64,000 nt of DNA, taken from contig JAABTI010000001.1 of NCBI GenBank assembly GCA_011389955.1, positions 17,589 through 81,588 of the forward strand. Direction: 5' to 3'. Shown here one piece after another: positions 20,360 through 31,533 of the stretch. Under the pieces are notes generated by a model. The model searched no databases. It had not been told where the DNA came from and saw nothing but the letters and a program-made list of their open reading frames with translations. The DNA comes from Paracoccaceae bacterium (lineage in GTDB: Bacteria > Pseudomonadota > Alphaproteobacteria > Rhodobacterales > Rhodobacteraceae). Made by a program: the position numbers and the translations under genes. Within the stretch, counting starts at the first letter, position 1; every line of letters begins with the position of its first letter.

Positions 20360-21078
20360 TACTTCACATCTCCGCTGGTGGCGTCGAAGGAGGTGGAATC
20401 GCCCTTGGGACGATCTTCGTCGGGCAGCGCGCCGGTGACCAGGTAGATCGCCTGATCTGCTATCGAGGTGGCGTGGTCGCCCATGCGTTCGATGTTCTTT
20501 GCGATGAAATGCAGGTGCATGGCGGAAGTGATGTTGCGCGGGTCTTCCATCATGTGGGTGAGCAGGGAACGGAACAGCGTGTTATACATCTGATCCACTT
20601 CCAGATCGCGCTCGCGCACGCCCTCGGCCTTGTCGGCATCGCGCTGGATATAGGCATCGAGCGCGTCGGCCAGCATCCGCTCGACCATGCGCGACATGCG
20701 GCGCAGGGCCGATACCGTGCCGTTGATCTGCGGCAGATCCACAAGGACGGTGGTGCGCTTGGCGATGTTCTTGGCGTAGTCGCCGCACCGTTCGAGGTGC
20801 GAACTGATGGTCATGACCGACAGAACGGTGCGCAAATCGCCCGCTGTGGGCGAGCGGAGGGCCAGGACGCGGGCGGTTTCCTCCTTGATGTCCTCGTCCA
20901 TCTGGTCGATGATCTTGTCTTCTCGGCGGATCTGCTCGCCGAGTTCCAGGTCGCGCGCTTCGAGCGCCTTGATGGCGTTCGCCGTGGCCATTTCCACCTG
21001 TCCGCCCATTTTCATGATCATGGCCTGAAGGGCTTCGAGATCGCGGTCGAATGATGAAACGATATGTTGCGAGGTCAT
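20359..21078 (-). CDS. phoU: Phosphate signalling protein PhoU
   Basis: HIVSSFDRDL, LERCGDYAKN and IERMGDHAT motifs. Confidence 0.95.
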   Translation of the reverse strand: MTSQHIVSSFDRDLEALQAMIMKMGGQVEMATANAIKALEARDLELGEQIRREDKIIDQMDEDIKEETARVLALRSPTAGDLRTVLSVMTISSHLERCGDYAKNIAKRTTVLVDLPQINGTVSALRRMSRMVERMLADALDAYIQRDADKAEGVRERDLEVDQMYNTLFRSLLTHMMEDPRNITSAMHLHFIAKNIERMGDHATSIADQAIYLVTGALPDEDRPKGDSTSFDATSGDVK

Positions 21079-21090
21079 TATGGGGCTCCG

Positions 21091-21894
21091 TTATCCGATC
21101 CGGCCGGTGATGTAGCTTTCGGTCCGGGGGTCCTGCGGATTGGTGAAAATGGTGTTGGTGTCGTCGTATTCCACGAGGTTGCCGAGGTGGAAGAAGGCCG
21201 TTTTCTGGCTTACGCGGGCGGCCTGCTGCATCGAGTGGGTAACGATCACGACCGAGAAACGCTGTTTCAGTTCGTCGATCAGTTCTTCGACCTGGGCCGT
21301 GGCGATGGGATCGAGCGCCGAGCACGGCTCGTCCATCAGCAGCACCTCGGGGCGGGTCGCCACCGCGCGGGCGATACACAGGCGCTGCTGCTGGCCACCC
21401 GACAGGCCGGTGCCGGGCGTGTCGAGGCGGTCCTTGACCTCCTCCCACAGCGCCGCGCGGCGAAGGGATTTCTCGACGACCTCGTCAAGTTCGCCCTTGG
21501 TGCGGGCCATGCCGTGAATCTTGGGTCCGTATGCGACGTTGTCATAGATCGACTTGGGGAAAGGATTGGGTTTCTGGAACACCATCCCGACCTTGGCGCG
21601 CAGTTGCACCGGGTCGACTTGCGGGGCGTAGATGTCCTGTTCATCGAGCAGGATCCTACCTTCGACGCGGCAGCTGTCGATGGTGTCATTCATCCGGTTG
21701 AGGCAGCGCAGGAAAGTGGATTTACCACAGCCTGAAGGCCCGATGAATGCGGTCACGGTCTTGTCCTGGATGTCCACGTCGACATCCTTGATGGCCTGGG
21801 TGTCGCCGTAGAACACCTGGACGTTGCTGGCGGCGATCTTGATGTCGGTCTGATCCACGGCTGTCTCCGGTTTTGTCACGTCAAACATGGTCAT
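21091..21894 (-). CDS. pstB: Phosphate ABC transporter ATPase
   Basis: [32 protein letters not shown] and DEPCSALDP motifs. Confidence 0.96.
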   Translation of the reverse strand: MTMFDVTKPETAVDQTDIKIAASNVQVFYGDTQAIKDVDVDIQDKTVTAFIGPSGCGKSTFLRCLNRMNDTIDSCRVEGRILLDEQDIYAPQVDPVQLRAKVGMVFQKPNPFPKSIYDNVAYGPKIHGMARTKGELDEVVEKSLRRAALWEEVKDRLDTPGTGLSGGQQQRLCIARAVATRPEVLLMDEPCSALDPIATAQVEELIDELKQRFSVVIVTHSMQQAARVSQKTAFFHLGNLVEYDDTNTIFTNPQDPRTESYITGRIG

Positions 21895-21906
21895 TTGTCC
21901 CTATAC

Positions 21907-23196
21907 CTACCATTTCCGCTCAAACTTCTGGCGCAGGAAAATGGCGATGGCGTTCATCATGATGAGGAAAGTCAACAACACCAGGATGGCCGCCGATGTG
22001 CGGCTGACGAAGCCGCGTTCGGGGCTGTCGGCCCAGATGAAGATCTGCGTCGGCAGCGCGGTGGCGCTGTCGAAGGGGGTAGAGGGCGCGGAGGTGATGA
22101 AGGCGTTCATGCCGATCAGCAGCAGTGGTGCGGTTTCGCCCAGTGCCTGCGCCAGCCCGATGATCGTGCCGGTCAGGATGCCGGGCATGGCCAGCGGCAG
22201 GACGTGACCGAACACCACCTGTTGCTTGGACGCGCCGACGGCAAGCGCGGCCTCGCGGATCGAGGGTGGCACGGCCTTGAGCGCGGCGCGGGTGGCAATG
22301 ATGATGGTGGGCAGCGTCATCAGCGCCAGCGTCATCCCCCCCACGAAGGGCGCCGAGCGCGGCATGCCGAACCAGCCGAGGAACACCGCCAGCGCCAGCA
22401 GGCCGAACACGACTGACGGAACAGCGGCGAGGTTGTTGATGTTGATTTCGATCAGGTCGGAAACGCGGTTTCGGGGCGCGAATTCCTCAAGATAGATGGC
22501 GGCGCCGATTCCCAGCGGAAACGAAAGCAGGAAGCAGGTCAGCAAGGCGTAGAACGACCCCACCAGCGCGCCCTTGAGGCCGGCAAGCTCGGGAAAGCGC
22601 GAATCCGCATTCGTCAGCAGCGCGGTATTGAGCGGCTCGGTGATCGCGCCGCGATCCTTGAGCAATTCGAAATTGGCGATCTCGTCGTTCTTTAGGCGGC
22701 GATACTCCTCGGGCGTGTCGGGGTCGATCAGGCCCTTGTTGAGCTGGTCGTACGTGTCGGCCACGGGCACGTTGAACTGAACCGTCTCACCGATCAGGTC
22801 GGGGTTTTCCATCACGCGGTCACGGATCGTGAACTGCGCGCCGTTGGACAGGATCGACGTGAGCTTGCGCAGTTCCGCGCGGTCATCGGGCACGTCCGGA
22901 AACTGCGTCTTCATCGTGTCCGTCAGGATCTGGCGATAGTTGCCGCGCGCGGGCTTTGCCGGGTCGAGATGCTCGGGGTCGAGGAATACCTCGACCTTGA
23001 GATGCGTCTGCGTGAAGGCGTGATAGCCCGTCGAGACCAGCGAAGTGATCAGCAGCATCAGCATCATGAAGGCGATGGCAATCGCACCGAGGCCCAGAAG
23101 CTTGAGCTGGATCTGGCTGCGCCTGCGCTTTTTCATATGCGACTGGAACGAGGGGCTGGCCCAATCGAACCCGGTATTGTTGGTCTGGTCGGTCAT
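21907..23196 (-). CDS. pstA: Phosphate ABC transporter permease
   Basis: NINNLAAVPSVVFGLL and ALGETAPLL motifs; start at MTDQ after GAGGA. Confidence 0.94.
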   Translation of the reverse strand: MTDQTNNTGFDWASPSFQSHMKKRRRSQIQLKLLGLGAIAIAFMMLMLLITSLVSTGYHAFTQTHLKVEVFLDPEHLDPAKPARGNYRQILTDTMKTQFPDVPDDRAELRKLTSILSNGAQFTIRDRVMENPDLIGETVQFNVPVADTYDQLNKGLIDPDTPEEYRRLKNDEIANFELLKDRGAITEPLNTALLTNADSRFPELAGLKGALVGSFYALLTCFLLSFPLGIGAAIYLEEFAPRNRVSDLIEININNLAAVPSVVFGLLALAVFLGWFGMPRSAPFVGGMTLALMTLPTIIIATRAALKAVPPSIREAALAVGASKQQVVFGHVLPLAMPGILTGTIIGLAQALGETAPLLLIGMNAFITSAPSTPFDSATALPTQIFIWADSPERGFVSRTSAAILVLLTFLIMMNAIAIFLRQKFERKW

Positions 23197-23206
23197 GGCG
23201 CGATCC

Positions 23207-24580
23207 TCAATCATAGATTTCGCGGTACTTGCGCACGATGCGCAGGGCGAGGATGTTGATGCAAAGCGTCATCAGGAACAGCACCATCCCGAGCGCGAAT
23301 GCAGCCAGGGTCTTGGGGCTGTCGAAGGCAGTGTCGCCGATCAGCAGCGTGACGATCTGGACCGTGACGGTGGTGACGCTATCGAGCGGATTGATGGTCA
23401 TCTTGGCGATCAGTCCGGCGGCCATCACCACGATCATCGTTTCGCCGATGGCGCGGCTGATAGCCAGCAGGATGCCGCCGACGATGCCCGGAATGGCGGC
23501 CGGGAACAGAACCTTCAACATGGTCTCGGCCTGCGTGGCACCCACGGCGAGCGACCCGTCGCGCAGGCTGCGCGGGACAGCGCCGAGCGCATCGTCGGCA
23601 AAGGACGAGATGAACGGGATCAACATGATCCCCATCACAGACCCCGCGGCCAGCGCCGTGTTGGATGCGATAGGCAGCCCCAGATCGGTGCCGAAGGATC
23701 GGATCGCCGGCGCGATCACCAGGATCGCGAAGAAGCCGTAGACGACGGTCGGGACGCCGGCAAGCACCTCGAGCACCGGCTTGACGACGCCGCGTATACG
23801 GTTCGAGGCGAATTCGTGCAGATAGATCGCCGAAAGCAGGCCGATGGGCGTTGCGATGACCATCGCCACGAAGGCGATCACCAGAGTGCCCAGGAAAACC
23901 GGCAGCATGCCGAACGCGCCTTCGGCGGCGACCTGATCTTCGCGGATGGGAATTTGCGGTTCCCAGTTGGTGCCCAACAGGAAGTCCCAGAACGGCACCA
24001 TCTGGAAGAAGCGGAAGGTTTCGAACAGCAGCGACGCGACGATCCCGATCGTGACGAAGATCGCCACCGTGGCGCACCCCGCCATAAGGACGTGGACGAT
24101 GCGCTCGACCCCTTGGCGAGCACGGAATTCGGAGGAAACGGTGCGGCGCGACACGTACAACATCGTCGTCGCCAGCGCCGCCGTGACAGCCACCAGAAGC
24201 CACCCGGACAGGCCGCGCAGCGCGACCAGCCGCTCCGCGGCGTCGAGCTTCCATTGCTCTGGCGTGCCGAAGATGCGGCCGCCGGCAATCGAGCGGATCT
24301 CGGCCATGACGAGTTGCGTCTCGCCCGTACCCAGACCCTCGAGTTGGTCGGAGATACCGGATTTCACGATCAACTCGATTACCGTGCCCTGAAACAGCAT
24401 CCAGATGATGATTAGAAAGAATGTCGGCACCAATGTCATCAGGGCGGCATAGCCGCCGTGGAAGCTCTCGAGCGAGTGCATCCGTGTGCCGCCGTCGCGG
24501 ATGGCGCGGGCGGCGCGCAAGTTTATAACATAGCCGACCGTCACGGCGGTTAGCAGGATCACGAATGCAAGGAGCGTCAT
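23207..24580 (-). CDS. pstC: Phosphate ABC transporter permease
   Basis: EVLAGVPTVVYGFF and SRAIGETMIV motifs. Confidence 0.94.
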   Translation of the reverse strand: MTLLAFVILLTAVTVGYVINLRAARAIRDGGTRMHSLESFHGGYAALMTLVPTFFLIIIWMLFQGTVIELIVKSGISDQLEGLGTGETQLVMAEIRSIAGGRIFGTPEQWKLDAAERLVALRGLSGWLLVAVTAALATTMLYVSRRTVSSEFRARQGVERIVHVLMAGCATVAIFVTIGIVASLLFETFRFFQMVPFWDFLLGTNWEPQIPIREDQVAAEGAFGMLPVFLGTLVIAFVAMVIATPIGLLSAIYLHEFASNRIRGVVKPVLEVLAGVPTVVYGFFAILVIAPAIRSFGTDLGLPIASNTALAAGSVMGIMLIPFISSFADDALGAVPRSLRDGSLAVGATQAETMLKVLFPAAIPGIVGGILLAISRAIGETMIVVMAAGLIAKMTINPLDSVTTVTVQIVTLLIGDTAFDSPKTLAAFALGMVLFLMTLCINILALRIVRKYREIYD

Positions 24581-24605
24581 GGCATGCCTGTCGTTTCTTG
24601 TGGAT

Positions 24606-24634
24606 GACGCCCCCGCCATGGCGGCGGAGGCGTC
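24606..24634 (-). terminator. Intercistronic stem-loop between pstS and pstC
   Basis: GACGCCCCCGCC...GGCGGAGGCGTC near-perfect inverted repeat; probably stabilises or attenuates the mRNA. Confidence 0.55.
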
Positions 24635-24662
24635 GTTGAAATGAGTCGGGATGGTTCCCGAT

Positions 24663-25700
24663 TTACTTCTTCGGTTCCATCGACTTGCCGTTGATCACGG
24701 CATCCTGGAGCTTGGCGCGGCGCTCGTCGCTCAGCGGGACAAGGCCACGCTCGGACAGGTAACCACCGGGTGCCAGGGCATCCTCGGACATGTATTCCTC
24801 GACGAATTCCTGCAGGTTCGGGATGACACCGCGATGCGCGTTCTTGACGTAGAAGAACAGCGGACGCGAAATCGGGTAGGATTTGTCACCGATGGTATCG
24901 AAAGTGGGCTCGACGCCGTCGATCTCCACGCCCTTGAGCTTGTCCAGGTTCTCGTAAAGGAACGAGTAGCCGAAGATGCCCATTGCGTTGGTGTCGGTGT
25001 CAAGACGCTGAACGATCAGGTTGTCGTTCTCGCCGGCCTCGATGAAGGGACCGTCGGTGCGCATGCGCGAGCAGTTTTCCTTGACCCACTTCTTGTCGTA
25101 GTCGCCGTTCTTGACGTAGTCGGTCATCTTGCAACCGGCGTGCATAGCCAGGTCGACGAAGGCGTCGCGGGTGCCCGAGGTCGGCGGGGGGCCAAGCACC
25201 AGGATTTCGGTTTCGGGCAGTTCCGAATTGATTTCCGACCACTTGGTGTAGGGGTTGCTGACCCACTCGCCATCAACCGGAACCTCGGCGCCGAGCGCCA
25301 GGTAGATTTCTTCCAGTGTCAGGTCCCAATTGTAGTCGTTGGCGCGCGAGACGGCCATCGACAACCCGTCAAATCCGATCATTGCCTCGGAAATGTCGGT
25401 CACGCCGTTCTCGACGCACTTTTCCCATTCCGACGCCTTCATGGCACGCGAGGCGCCGGTCAGGTCGGGGTGGCTTTCGCCGATGCCTTCGCAGAAGATC
25501 TGCATGCCGCCGCCGGTGCCGGTGGATTCCACGATCGGCGAGGGGGCGCCGGTCTGGTTGGCGAATTCTTCTGCAACGGCCTGCGTGTAAGGGAACACGG
25601 TGGACGAGCCGACGATGCTGATCTGGTCGCGGGCTGCGGCCGATGTCGCGGACACGGCGGCCAGCGCCAGAGCCGAAACGGTTAGTTTGGTATAGGACAT
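24663..25700 (-). CDS. pstS: Phosphate ABC transporter substrate-binding protein
   Basis: Signal peptide; GSSTVFP, STGTGGG, PPPTSGTRDAF and YPISRPLFFY motifs. Confidence 0.95.
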   Translation of the reverse strand: MSYTKLTVSALALAAVSATSAAARDQISIVGSSTVFPYTQAVAEEFANQTGAPSPIVESTGTGGGMQIFCEGIGESHPDLTGASRAMKASEWEKCVENGVTDISEAMIGFDGLSMAVSRANDYNWDLTLEEIYLALGAEVPVDGEWVSNPYTKWSEINSELPETEILVLGPPPTSGTRDAFVDLAMHAGCKMTDYVKNGDYDKKWVKENCSRMRTDGPFIEAGENDNLIVQRLDTDTNAMGIFGYSFLYENLDKLKGVEIDGVEPTFDTIGDKSYPISRPLFFYVKNAHRGVIPNLQEFVEEYMSEDALAPGGYLSERGLVPLSDERRAKLQDAVINGKSMEPKK

Positions 25701-25756
25701 GAAAGCTCCTGCTATCAGTGTTTCAAGACAGAACGTGCCCCGGGTAAGCGGATCGC

Positions 25757-25796
25757 ATGACGCCTATGTAAGAGTTTTGTAACAGAAATATGAAAC
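25757..25796 (-). promoter_or_regulatory. Tandem Pho boxes (four half-sites) upstream of pstS
   Basis: Minus strand reads GTTTCAT-attt-CTGTTAC-aaaa-CTCTTAC-atag-GCGTCAT, an 11-bp period matching CTGTCAT-N4. Confidence 0.85.
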
Positions 25797-25918
25797 CTGC
25801 CGAATTGATGGATGGGTTCGGCGAATTTCGGGAAAATTTTTCGGGCGAAAACGAAAATTGCCCCGCCGGCACGGGGGCGGCGGGGGTCTGGACGCTTTCA
25901 CCGAAAGGATACGCAGAA

Positions 25919-26680
25919 TCAGAAATCCTTGAGCAGACGGGTGGTTTCGGGATCCAGGAAACCGGCGACGGTAGCATCGGTTTCCATTTGCAATGCGCGG
26001 TTGACATCGGCGCTGGCATTGGCGTTCAGCGTGCGTTTCATGGCGCGCACGGCCAGTGGCGGTAGGGCGGCCAGGTGACGCGCGGTGCTCATCGCCTCGT
26101 CCAACAGCGCCGAATCGGGCGCCACGCGCCATGCCACGCCGGCCTCGGCCAGTTCTGCGGCGCTGTAGCGTTGACCGAGAAAAAGCATCTCGCGTGCCTT
26201 TTGCAGCCCCACCAAAGCGGGCAGAAGCGCCGTTACCGCGCCGGTGACGAACAGGTTGAGCGAAACCTCCGGGAAAAAACCGCGCGCCCCTTCTGCCCAG
26301 ATCGGGAAGTCGCAGTTTATCGCCCATTCGAACCCACCGCCGACGGCCCAGCCATTTATCGCGCCGACAACGGGTTTGGGCCCGAAGGTGATGGCCTCGG
26401 TGGCCCGCTGGATCGCCTCGACGAGGGCGCGGGCCTGTTGCTCGGTGTCGGGATGGGTGTGATCGTGGCGGTCGTCGCCGGCGCAAAAGGCGCGCCCGTT
26501 TCCGGTGAACACAATGGCACGGGTTTGCTCATCGGCGTTGGCGTCGTCAAAGGCGCGCGCAACATCACGGATCAGGGTCGGGTTCATGGCATTGAGGCGG
26601 TCCGGGCGGTTCAGGGCGATGATGCGCACCCCGTCCCCGGCCAGTGTGCTTTCGACGGTTTCATATCTATGGTGTGTCAT
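25919..26680 (-). CDS. Enoyl-CoA hydratase/isomerase family
   Basis: LNRPDRLNAM, AFCAGDD, GWAVGGGFE and FPEV motifs. Confidence 0.9.
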   Translation of the reverse strand: MTHHRYETVESTLAGDGVRIIALNRPDRLNAMNPTLIRDVARAFDDANADEQTRAIVFTGNGRAFCAGDDRHDHTHPDTEQQARALVEAIQRATEAITFGPKPVVGAINGWAVGGGFEWAINCDFPIWAEGARGFFPEVSLNLFVTGAVTALLPALVGLQKAREMLFLGQRYSAAELAEAGVAWRVAPDSALLDEAMSTARHLAALPPLAVRAMKRTLNANASADVNRALQMETDATVAGFLDPETTRLLKDF

Positions 26681-27981
26681 TGGTCGCTCCTGATCACGCG
26701 CTTGGTCTTGCCTTGGGTCACTGGGAAATGGCCGTGCGGGTGCACCGTGACCTCGGCACTGGCACCCAGGCGATGCTTGATGGTGCTCGCCAGACGTTCG
26801 GCCAACGCGGGATCGTCAGGGACGCCCTCGGCCCGGTCCACGGCCAGCGGCAGACGGTCATGCGGGGGCGGGCCATCAAGGACAATTCGGTAGTCGCCGG
26901 TCAGTTCGGCGAATTCGTTGATAACGGCGGCGACCATGCTGGGAAACAGGTTCAGGCCGCGCACGACGACCATGTCATCGCTGCGTCCCACGACGCGGAA
27001 GCGAAAGCCGGTCCGCTCGCATTTGCATGGCTCGGTCGCGGTGACGGCGATGATGTCGCCGGTGCGGAAACGCACCAGAGGCTGGCAATCGCGGACGAGG
27101 TGGGTCAGCACCAACTCGCCCTCGGCCCCGTCCGTGAGTGGAAGCGGTTGGCCGCTATCGGGGTCGATCAGTTCGGGCCAGAGGACATCGGCGGCCATGA
27201 AATGCAGGTCGGTGTCATGTTGGCATTGTGCGGCGAAGTTGGAAAACACGTCCGAAACCCCGTAATTGGCGTTACGTGGCTCCATCCCCCACGTGGCGCG
27301 GATGCGCTCGCGGAAAGCGGGATCGTCCAGTCCGGGCTCGCCGCCGAACAGACCCAGTTCAAGACCCAGCTCGCGTGCCGCCATGCCGGGGAAAACTTCG
27401 GCAAGCGCCCGTTCCAGCACGGCGGGGTAGGATGGCGTGCAGGAAATGGCGTTTATGCCGACCTCGCGGATCGTGCGGATCAGCTGCTCGGTGCCGCCAA
27501 CGCCGTAAGGCACGACCAGTGCGCCTGTCTTTTCGAGCGTGCGATGATCTGTCAGCCCGCCCATCCACATCTGGTAGTTCAGGCAGTGCACCACCGTCGC
27601 GCCGGGGCCAAGGCCGGCCGCGCTCTGACTGCGTCCCCCGACCACCTCGGTGATGTGGCAATCGGCGGCGGACAGGGCGAGGTTCATCGCCTGCCCGGTA
27701 GTGCCCGACGTGCGATGCAGCCGGTTGGCCATGTGGCGCGGCGCGGCGAGGTAATTGCCGAAAGGTGGATGAGTGGTCTGCGACTGGCGTAGCTGCGCCT
27801 TGTCCGATAGGGGCAGTTCTGGCAGGTCCCGCAAATCGTGTGGAGGCGTACGCCCCTGCCATAGATCCCGATAGAACGTGGAATTCCGCGCAACATGGCC
27901 GGCCTGCCTTTGCCAAGCGGCCTGTTGATGCGCCAGCAGCCAAACGGGGTGCCGATACTCCGCCCGGTCAACGAGGGTCAT
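26677..27981 (-). CDS. Phenylacetate-CoA ligase-like adenylate-forming enzyme
   Basis: HRTSGTTG, CTPSY, YGVSD, RFRTGD and GRSDDMVVVRGLNLFP motifs. Confidence 0.85.
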   Translation of the reverse strand: MTLVDRAEYRHPVWLLAHQQAAWQRQAGHVARNSTFYRDLWQGRTPPHDLRDLPELPLSDKAQLRQSQTTHPPFGNYLAAPRHMANRLHRTSGTTGQAMNLALSAADCHITEVVGGRSQSAAGLGPGATVVHCLNYQMWMGGLTDHRTLEKTGALVVPYGVGGTEQLIRTIREVGINAISCTPSYPAVLERALAEVFPGMAARELGLELGLFGGEPGLDDPAFRERIRATWGMEPRNANYGVSDVFSNFAAQCQHDTDLHFMAADVLWPELIDPDSGQPLPLTDGAEGELVLTHLVRDCQPLVRFRTGDIIAVTATEPCKCERTGFRFRVVGRSDDMVVVRGLNLFPSMVAAVINEFAELTGDYRIVLDGPPPHDRLPLAVDRAEGVPDDPALAERLASTIKHRLGASAEVTVHPHGHFPVTQGKTKRVIRSDQ

Positions 27982-28667
27982 GGTTCCATTCCCTTTTGCC
28001 AGATCGTGCTGAGCGTGGTGATTACCTCGTCGCGGTCGCCCGACACCGCGGCAAGGGCGGCGTCGCGGTTGCAGTGCAGGGCGACGAGATATTGATCGAC
28101 CATGCCACCAAGCGCGTAGGCCCGGCGCATCAACTCGTCGTGCGGGGGCACCGGGCGGTTGACCCGGGAGAGGCGGCGCGCCGTCGCCTCGGCCACGATG
28201 CGGGCCCAGTCGCGGTTAAGCCGCTGAAACGCCTGCGCCGCGGCGGGGAAGGTTTCAAAGCTGGAGAGCAAACAGCGCATCAGGCCGGGATTGCGATCGA
28301 ACAGGTCGAAATAGGCCGCAGTCGCGGCGCGGGTTCGCTCGCCGCCCCGGCCCTTGGTGGCGTGGCGCATGACCGTTTGAACATGCTCCACGAAAGCGCC
28401 AAGCACATCGTCGAGGGCGGCATTCAGGTCGCTGAAATAGACATAGAAGGTGCCGTGGGCGACGCCGGCCATCGCGCAGATATCGGCCACTTTCAGCGCC
28501 TGCGCGGGACGGGTGTTCAAGGCGGTGCACAGCGCGATACGCAGCCGCGTGCGGGTGCGCTCGGATTTCTTCATGCCCGCGGGCGCCTGCTCCAGGGCAC
28601 TGGCGAACTCGAAGACGTGCTCGTCAGTGCGAGGCGGTGCCGCGGTAAATTCGGGATGCGGGGACAT
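27978..28667 (-). CDS. TetR/AcrR family regulator
   Basis: LKVADICAMAGVAHGTFYVYF HTH; ATGA overlap with the ligase gene. Confidence 0.88.
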   Translation of the reverse strand: MSPHPEFTAAPPRTDEHVFEFASALEQAPAGMKKSERTRTRLRIALCTALNTRPAQALKVADICAMAGVAHGTFYVYFSDLNAALDDVLGAFVEHVQTVMRHATKGRGGERTRAATAAYFDLFDRNPGLMRCLLSSFETFPAAAQAFQRLNRDWARIVAEATARRLSRVNRPVPPHDELMRRAYALGGMVDQYLVALHCNRDAALAAVSGDRDEVITTLSTIWQKGMEP

Positions 28668-28816
28668 ACGAAACCTTTTTTATGAAAATGACATCAATAT
28701 CAACTATTGGGGCCTGTCAACCTCTGCGACCATGCTCGTTGCGGGGATGCAACGGAACTATGTGCAATCGGAGCGAATTATACTACGCTTTGACATGAAC
28801 AGCCGAAGGGGGCCGC

Positions 28817-29287
28817 ATGATACGATTCACCGTCAATGGGGCGCAGGTCGAAACCGATTTGGAACCCGACACGCCGCTTTTGTGGTTCCTGCGCGATACG
28901 CTGAAACTGACCGGAACGAAGTATGGCTGCGGGATCGCACAATGCGGCGCATGTACCGTGCATCTCGACGGATTTGCGACACGATCCTGCCAGATGCAGA
29001 TCGGAGATCTGGAGGGGGCCGAGGTGATCACGATCGAGCATCAGGGCACGCCCGAGGCCCCGGGGCCGGTACAGCAAGCCTGGATTGAACACCAGGTGGC
29101 GCAATGCGGCTATTGCCAGTCGGGGCAGATCATGGCGGCGGCGGCATTGCTGGCCGAGGTGCCGGCCCCCGACGACACGCAGATCGACGATGCCCTGTCG
29201 GGTAACCTGTGTCGGTGCGGCACCTATCCGCGCATTCGCGCGGCGGTGCAGCGCGCGGCCGAATTGATGCGGGAGGAAGGGCAATGA
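28817..29287 (+). CDS. 2Fe-2S subunit of an isoquinoline 1-oxidoreductase-like molybdoenzyme (IorA-like)
   Basis: [24 protein letters not shown] and NLCRCGTY motifs. Confidence 0.92.
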   Translation: MIRFTVNGAQVETDLEPDTPLLWFLRDTLKLTGTKYGCGIAQCGACTVHLDGFATRSCQMQIGDLEGAEVITIEHQGTPEAPGPVQQAWIEHQVAQCGYCQSGQIMAAAALLAEVPAPDDTQIDDALSGNLCRCGTYPRIRAAVQRAAELMREEGQ

Positions 29288-31533
29288 GCCGCGCAGGCAA
29301 GATCACGCGCCGCGCGTTGCTGTTCGGGACGGTGGCCGTGGCGGGCGGTGTGGCGCTGGGCTATTACGTGGTGCAGCATCCGCATGACAACCCGCTCGAG
29401 CCGCGGCTGGAGCCGGGCGAGGCGACGCTCAACCCTTATGTCCTTATCGATGCAGAAGGCGTGACGATCATCACCCCGCGTACCGATATGGGGCAGGGCG
29501 CACATTCCATCCTGGCGGCTATGGTGGCCGAGGAACTGGATCTGGCGTGGTCGGATATCAGGGTGTCCGACGGCCCCCCGAGTGCGGCCTATTACAACGC
29601 CAAGGTCGCGGCCGAGGCGCTGCCCTTCGCGGCCACCGATGACGGGTTTCTGGCGCGCAATGCACGCGCCTTCGGTGGAAGCATGGCCAAGGTGCTGGGC
29701 CTTCAGGTCACGGGTGGATCGACGACCGTGCCCGACGGGTTCGACCGCATGCGCATGGCAGGCGCTGCGGCGCGGCAGATGCTGATCGAAGCGGCGGCCG
29801 AGGTGACGGGCGTGGCGCGGGCCGACCTGGACACGCGCGATGGCCATGTCGTGACGCCCGATGGCAAGGCGATCGCTTATGTCGACCTGGCGCAGCAGGC
29901 CGCCGGGATAGCCCCGCCAGACGAGGTGACACTGAAATCGCCTGATCAGTGGCGCTACCTGGGACAGCCGATGGAGCGGCTGGATATCGTCGCCAAGTCA
30001 ACCGGAACGCAGGTCTATGGCATAGATATCGACTTGCCTGACATGCTTCATGCCACGGTGCGCACCAACCCGCGTCGCGGCGGTGTGGTTCGTGGCTACG
30101 AGGCCAGCAGGGCCGAGAAAATGCCGGGGGTGAAGACGGTCGTGTCCGTCACCGGCGGCGCCGGCGTGATCGCCGACACCACCTGGCGCGCAATGCGCGC
30201 GGCGCAGGAGATCGATTTCGATTGGGGCGAAGCGCCCTATCCGGCTGATAGCGCGCAAATGTGGACGCAGCTTGAAGCATCATTCACCGAAAGCTTGCAG
30301 GATTCCCGTTTCCGCGACGATGGCGATGTCGAGGCGGCGCTGGCGCAGGCGGCTGACGGGGTGCTGGAGGCGCAATATCGCGTGCCGTATCTGGCGCATG
30401 CGCCGCTGGAGCCGATGAACGCCACCGCGCGGCTGAAGGATGGGCGCCTGGATATATGGGCTTCGACGCAGATTCCGATGTACGTGATGGCCACGGCCAA
30501 GCGTCTGACCGGGCTGGAGGCGGAAAACATCCACCTGCACAACCAATATGCCGGCGGCAGTTTCGGGCGGCGGCTCGAGGACGATTTCATCGCCGGGGCG
30601 ATCGAGGTCGCCATGGCCGCCGAAGGCCGCCCGGTCAAGATGACGTGGACCCGCGAGGAGGACATGAGCCATGATTTCCCGCGCCCGATGGCGGTGTCGC
30701 GGGCGCGCGGCGCGGTGGCGAATGGCCAGGTAGCGGCGCTCGATCTGTCGCTGGCTTCGCCCTCGGTCTCGCAGTCGCAGGGCGGGCGGGTGAACCAGCC
30801 GATGCCGGGGCCGGACGTGATGATCGTGGCTGGCGCGTGGGATCAACCCTTTGCCATCCCCGATTACCGGGTCACCGGCTACCGCGCGCAGCCGATGGTG
30901 CCGGTAAGCTCCTGGCGGTCGGTGGGGGCGTCCGGAAACGGCTTCATGCATGACTGTTTCCTCGACGAGTTGATCCATGCCGCGGGGGCCGATCCGTTGC
31001 AGGAGCGATTGCGCCTGTGCGACGACCCGTTGTCACGCGGAGTGCTGGAGGCGGTCGGCGAAATGTCGGGCTGGTCCGGGCCTGACATGGGCGACGGGCG
31101 CGGGCGCGGCGTGGCTTTCACGCTGTCATTCGGGGTGGCGGCCGCCGAGGTCGTCGAGGTCAGCCAGACCGATAGCGGGCTGCGCATCGACAAGGTTTTC
31201 GTCGCCGTCGAGGTGGGCAGAGTGCTGGACCCGGTGAATTTCGACAACCAGGTCAAGGGCGCCGTCATCTGGGGGCTGGGCCATGCGATGAACTGCGAAT
31301 TGACCTACCGGGACGGAATGACCGAGCAGCGCAATTTCGACAGCTACCAGGGGATGCGCCTGTACCAGGCCCCACATATAGAGGTGCGGGCGTTGGAAAA
31401 CGGCGATACCTTGCGCGGCATCGGGGAGCCGCCCGTGCCGCCCGCCGCGCCGGCGCTGGCCAACGCGATCTTCGCCGCGACCGGGAAGCGCATCCGCGAA
31501 CTGCCGCTGAACCGCCAGGTGAGCTTTGCATGA
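29284..31533 (+). CDS. Molybdopterin-binding subunit, xanthine dehydrogenase family (IorB-like)
   Basis: Twin-Arg-like [36 protein letters not shown] and GIGEP motifs. Confidence 0.9.
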   Translation: MSRAGKITRRALLFGTVAVAGGVALGYYVVQHPHDNPLEPRLEPGEATLNPYVLIDAEGVTIITPRTDMGQGAHSILAAMVAEELDLAWSDIRVSDGPPSAAYYNAKVAAEALPFAATDDGFLARNARAFGGSMAKVLGLQVTGGSTTVPDGFDRMRMAGAAARQMLIEAAAEVTGVARADLDTRDGHVVTPDGKAIAYVDLAQQAAGIAPPDEVTLKSPDQWRYLGQPMERLDIVAKSTGTQVYGIDIDLPDMLHATVRTNPRRGGVVRGYEASRAEKMPGVKTVVSVTGGAGVIADTTWRAMRAAQEIDFDWGEAPYPADSAQMWTQLEASFTESLQDSRFRDDGDVEAALAQAADGVLEAQYRVPYLAHAPLEPMNATARLKDGRLDIWASTQIPMYVMATAKRLTGLEAENIHLHNQYAGGSFGRRLEDDFIAGAIEVAMAAEGRPVKMTWTREEDMSHDFPRPMAVSRARGAVANGQVAALDLSLASPSVSQSQGGRVNQPMPGPDVMIVAGAWDQPFAIPDYRVTGYRAQPMVPVSSWRSVGASGNGFMHDCFLDELIHAAGADPLQERLRLCDDPLSRGVLEAVGEMSGWSGPDMGDGRGRGVAFTLSFGVAAAEVVEVSQTDSGLRIDKVFVAVEVGRVLDPVNFDNQVKGAVIWGLGHAMNCELTYRDGMTEQRNFDSYQGMRLYQAPHIEVRALENGDTLRGIGEPPVPPAAPALANAIFAATGKRIRELPLNRQVSFA

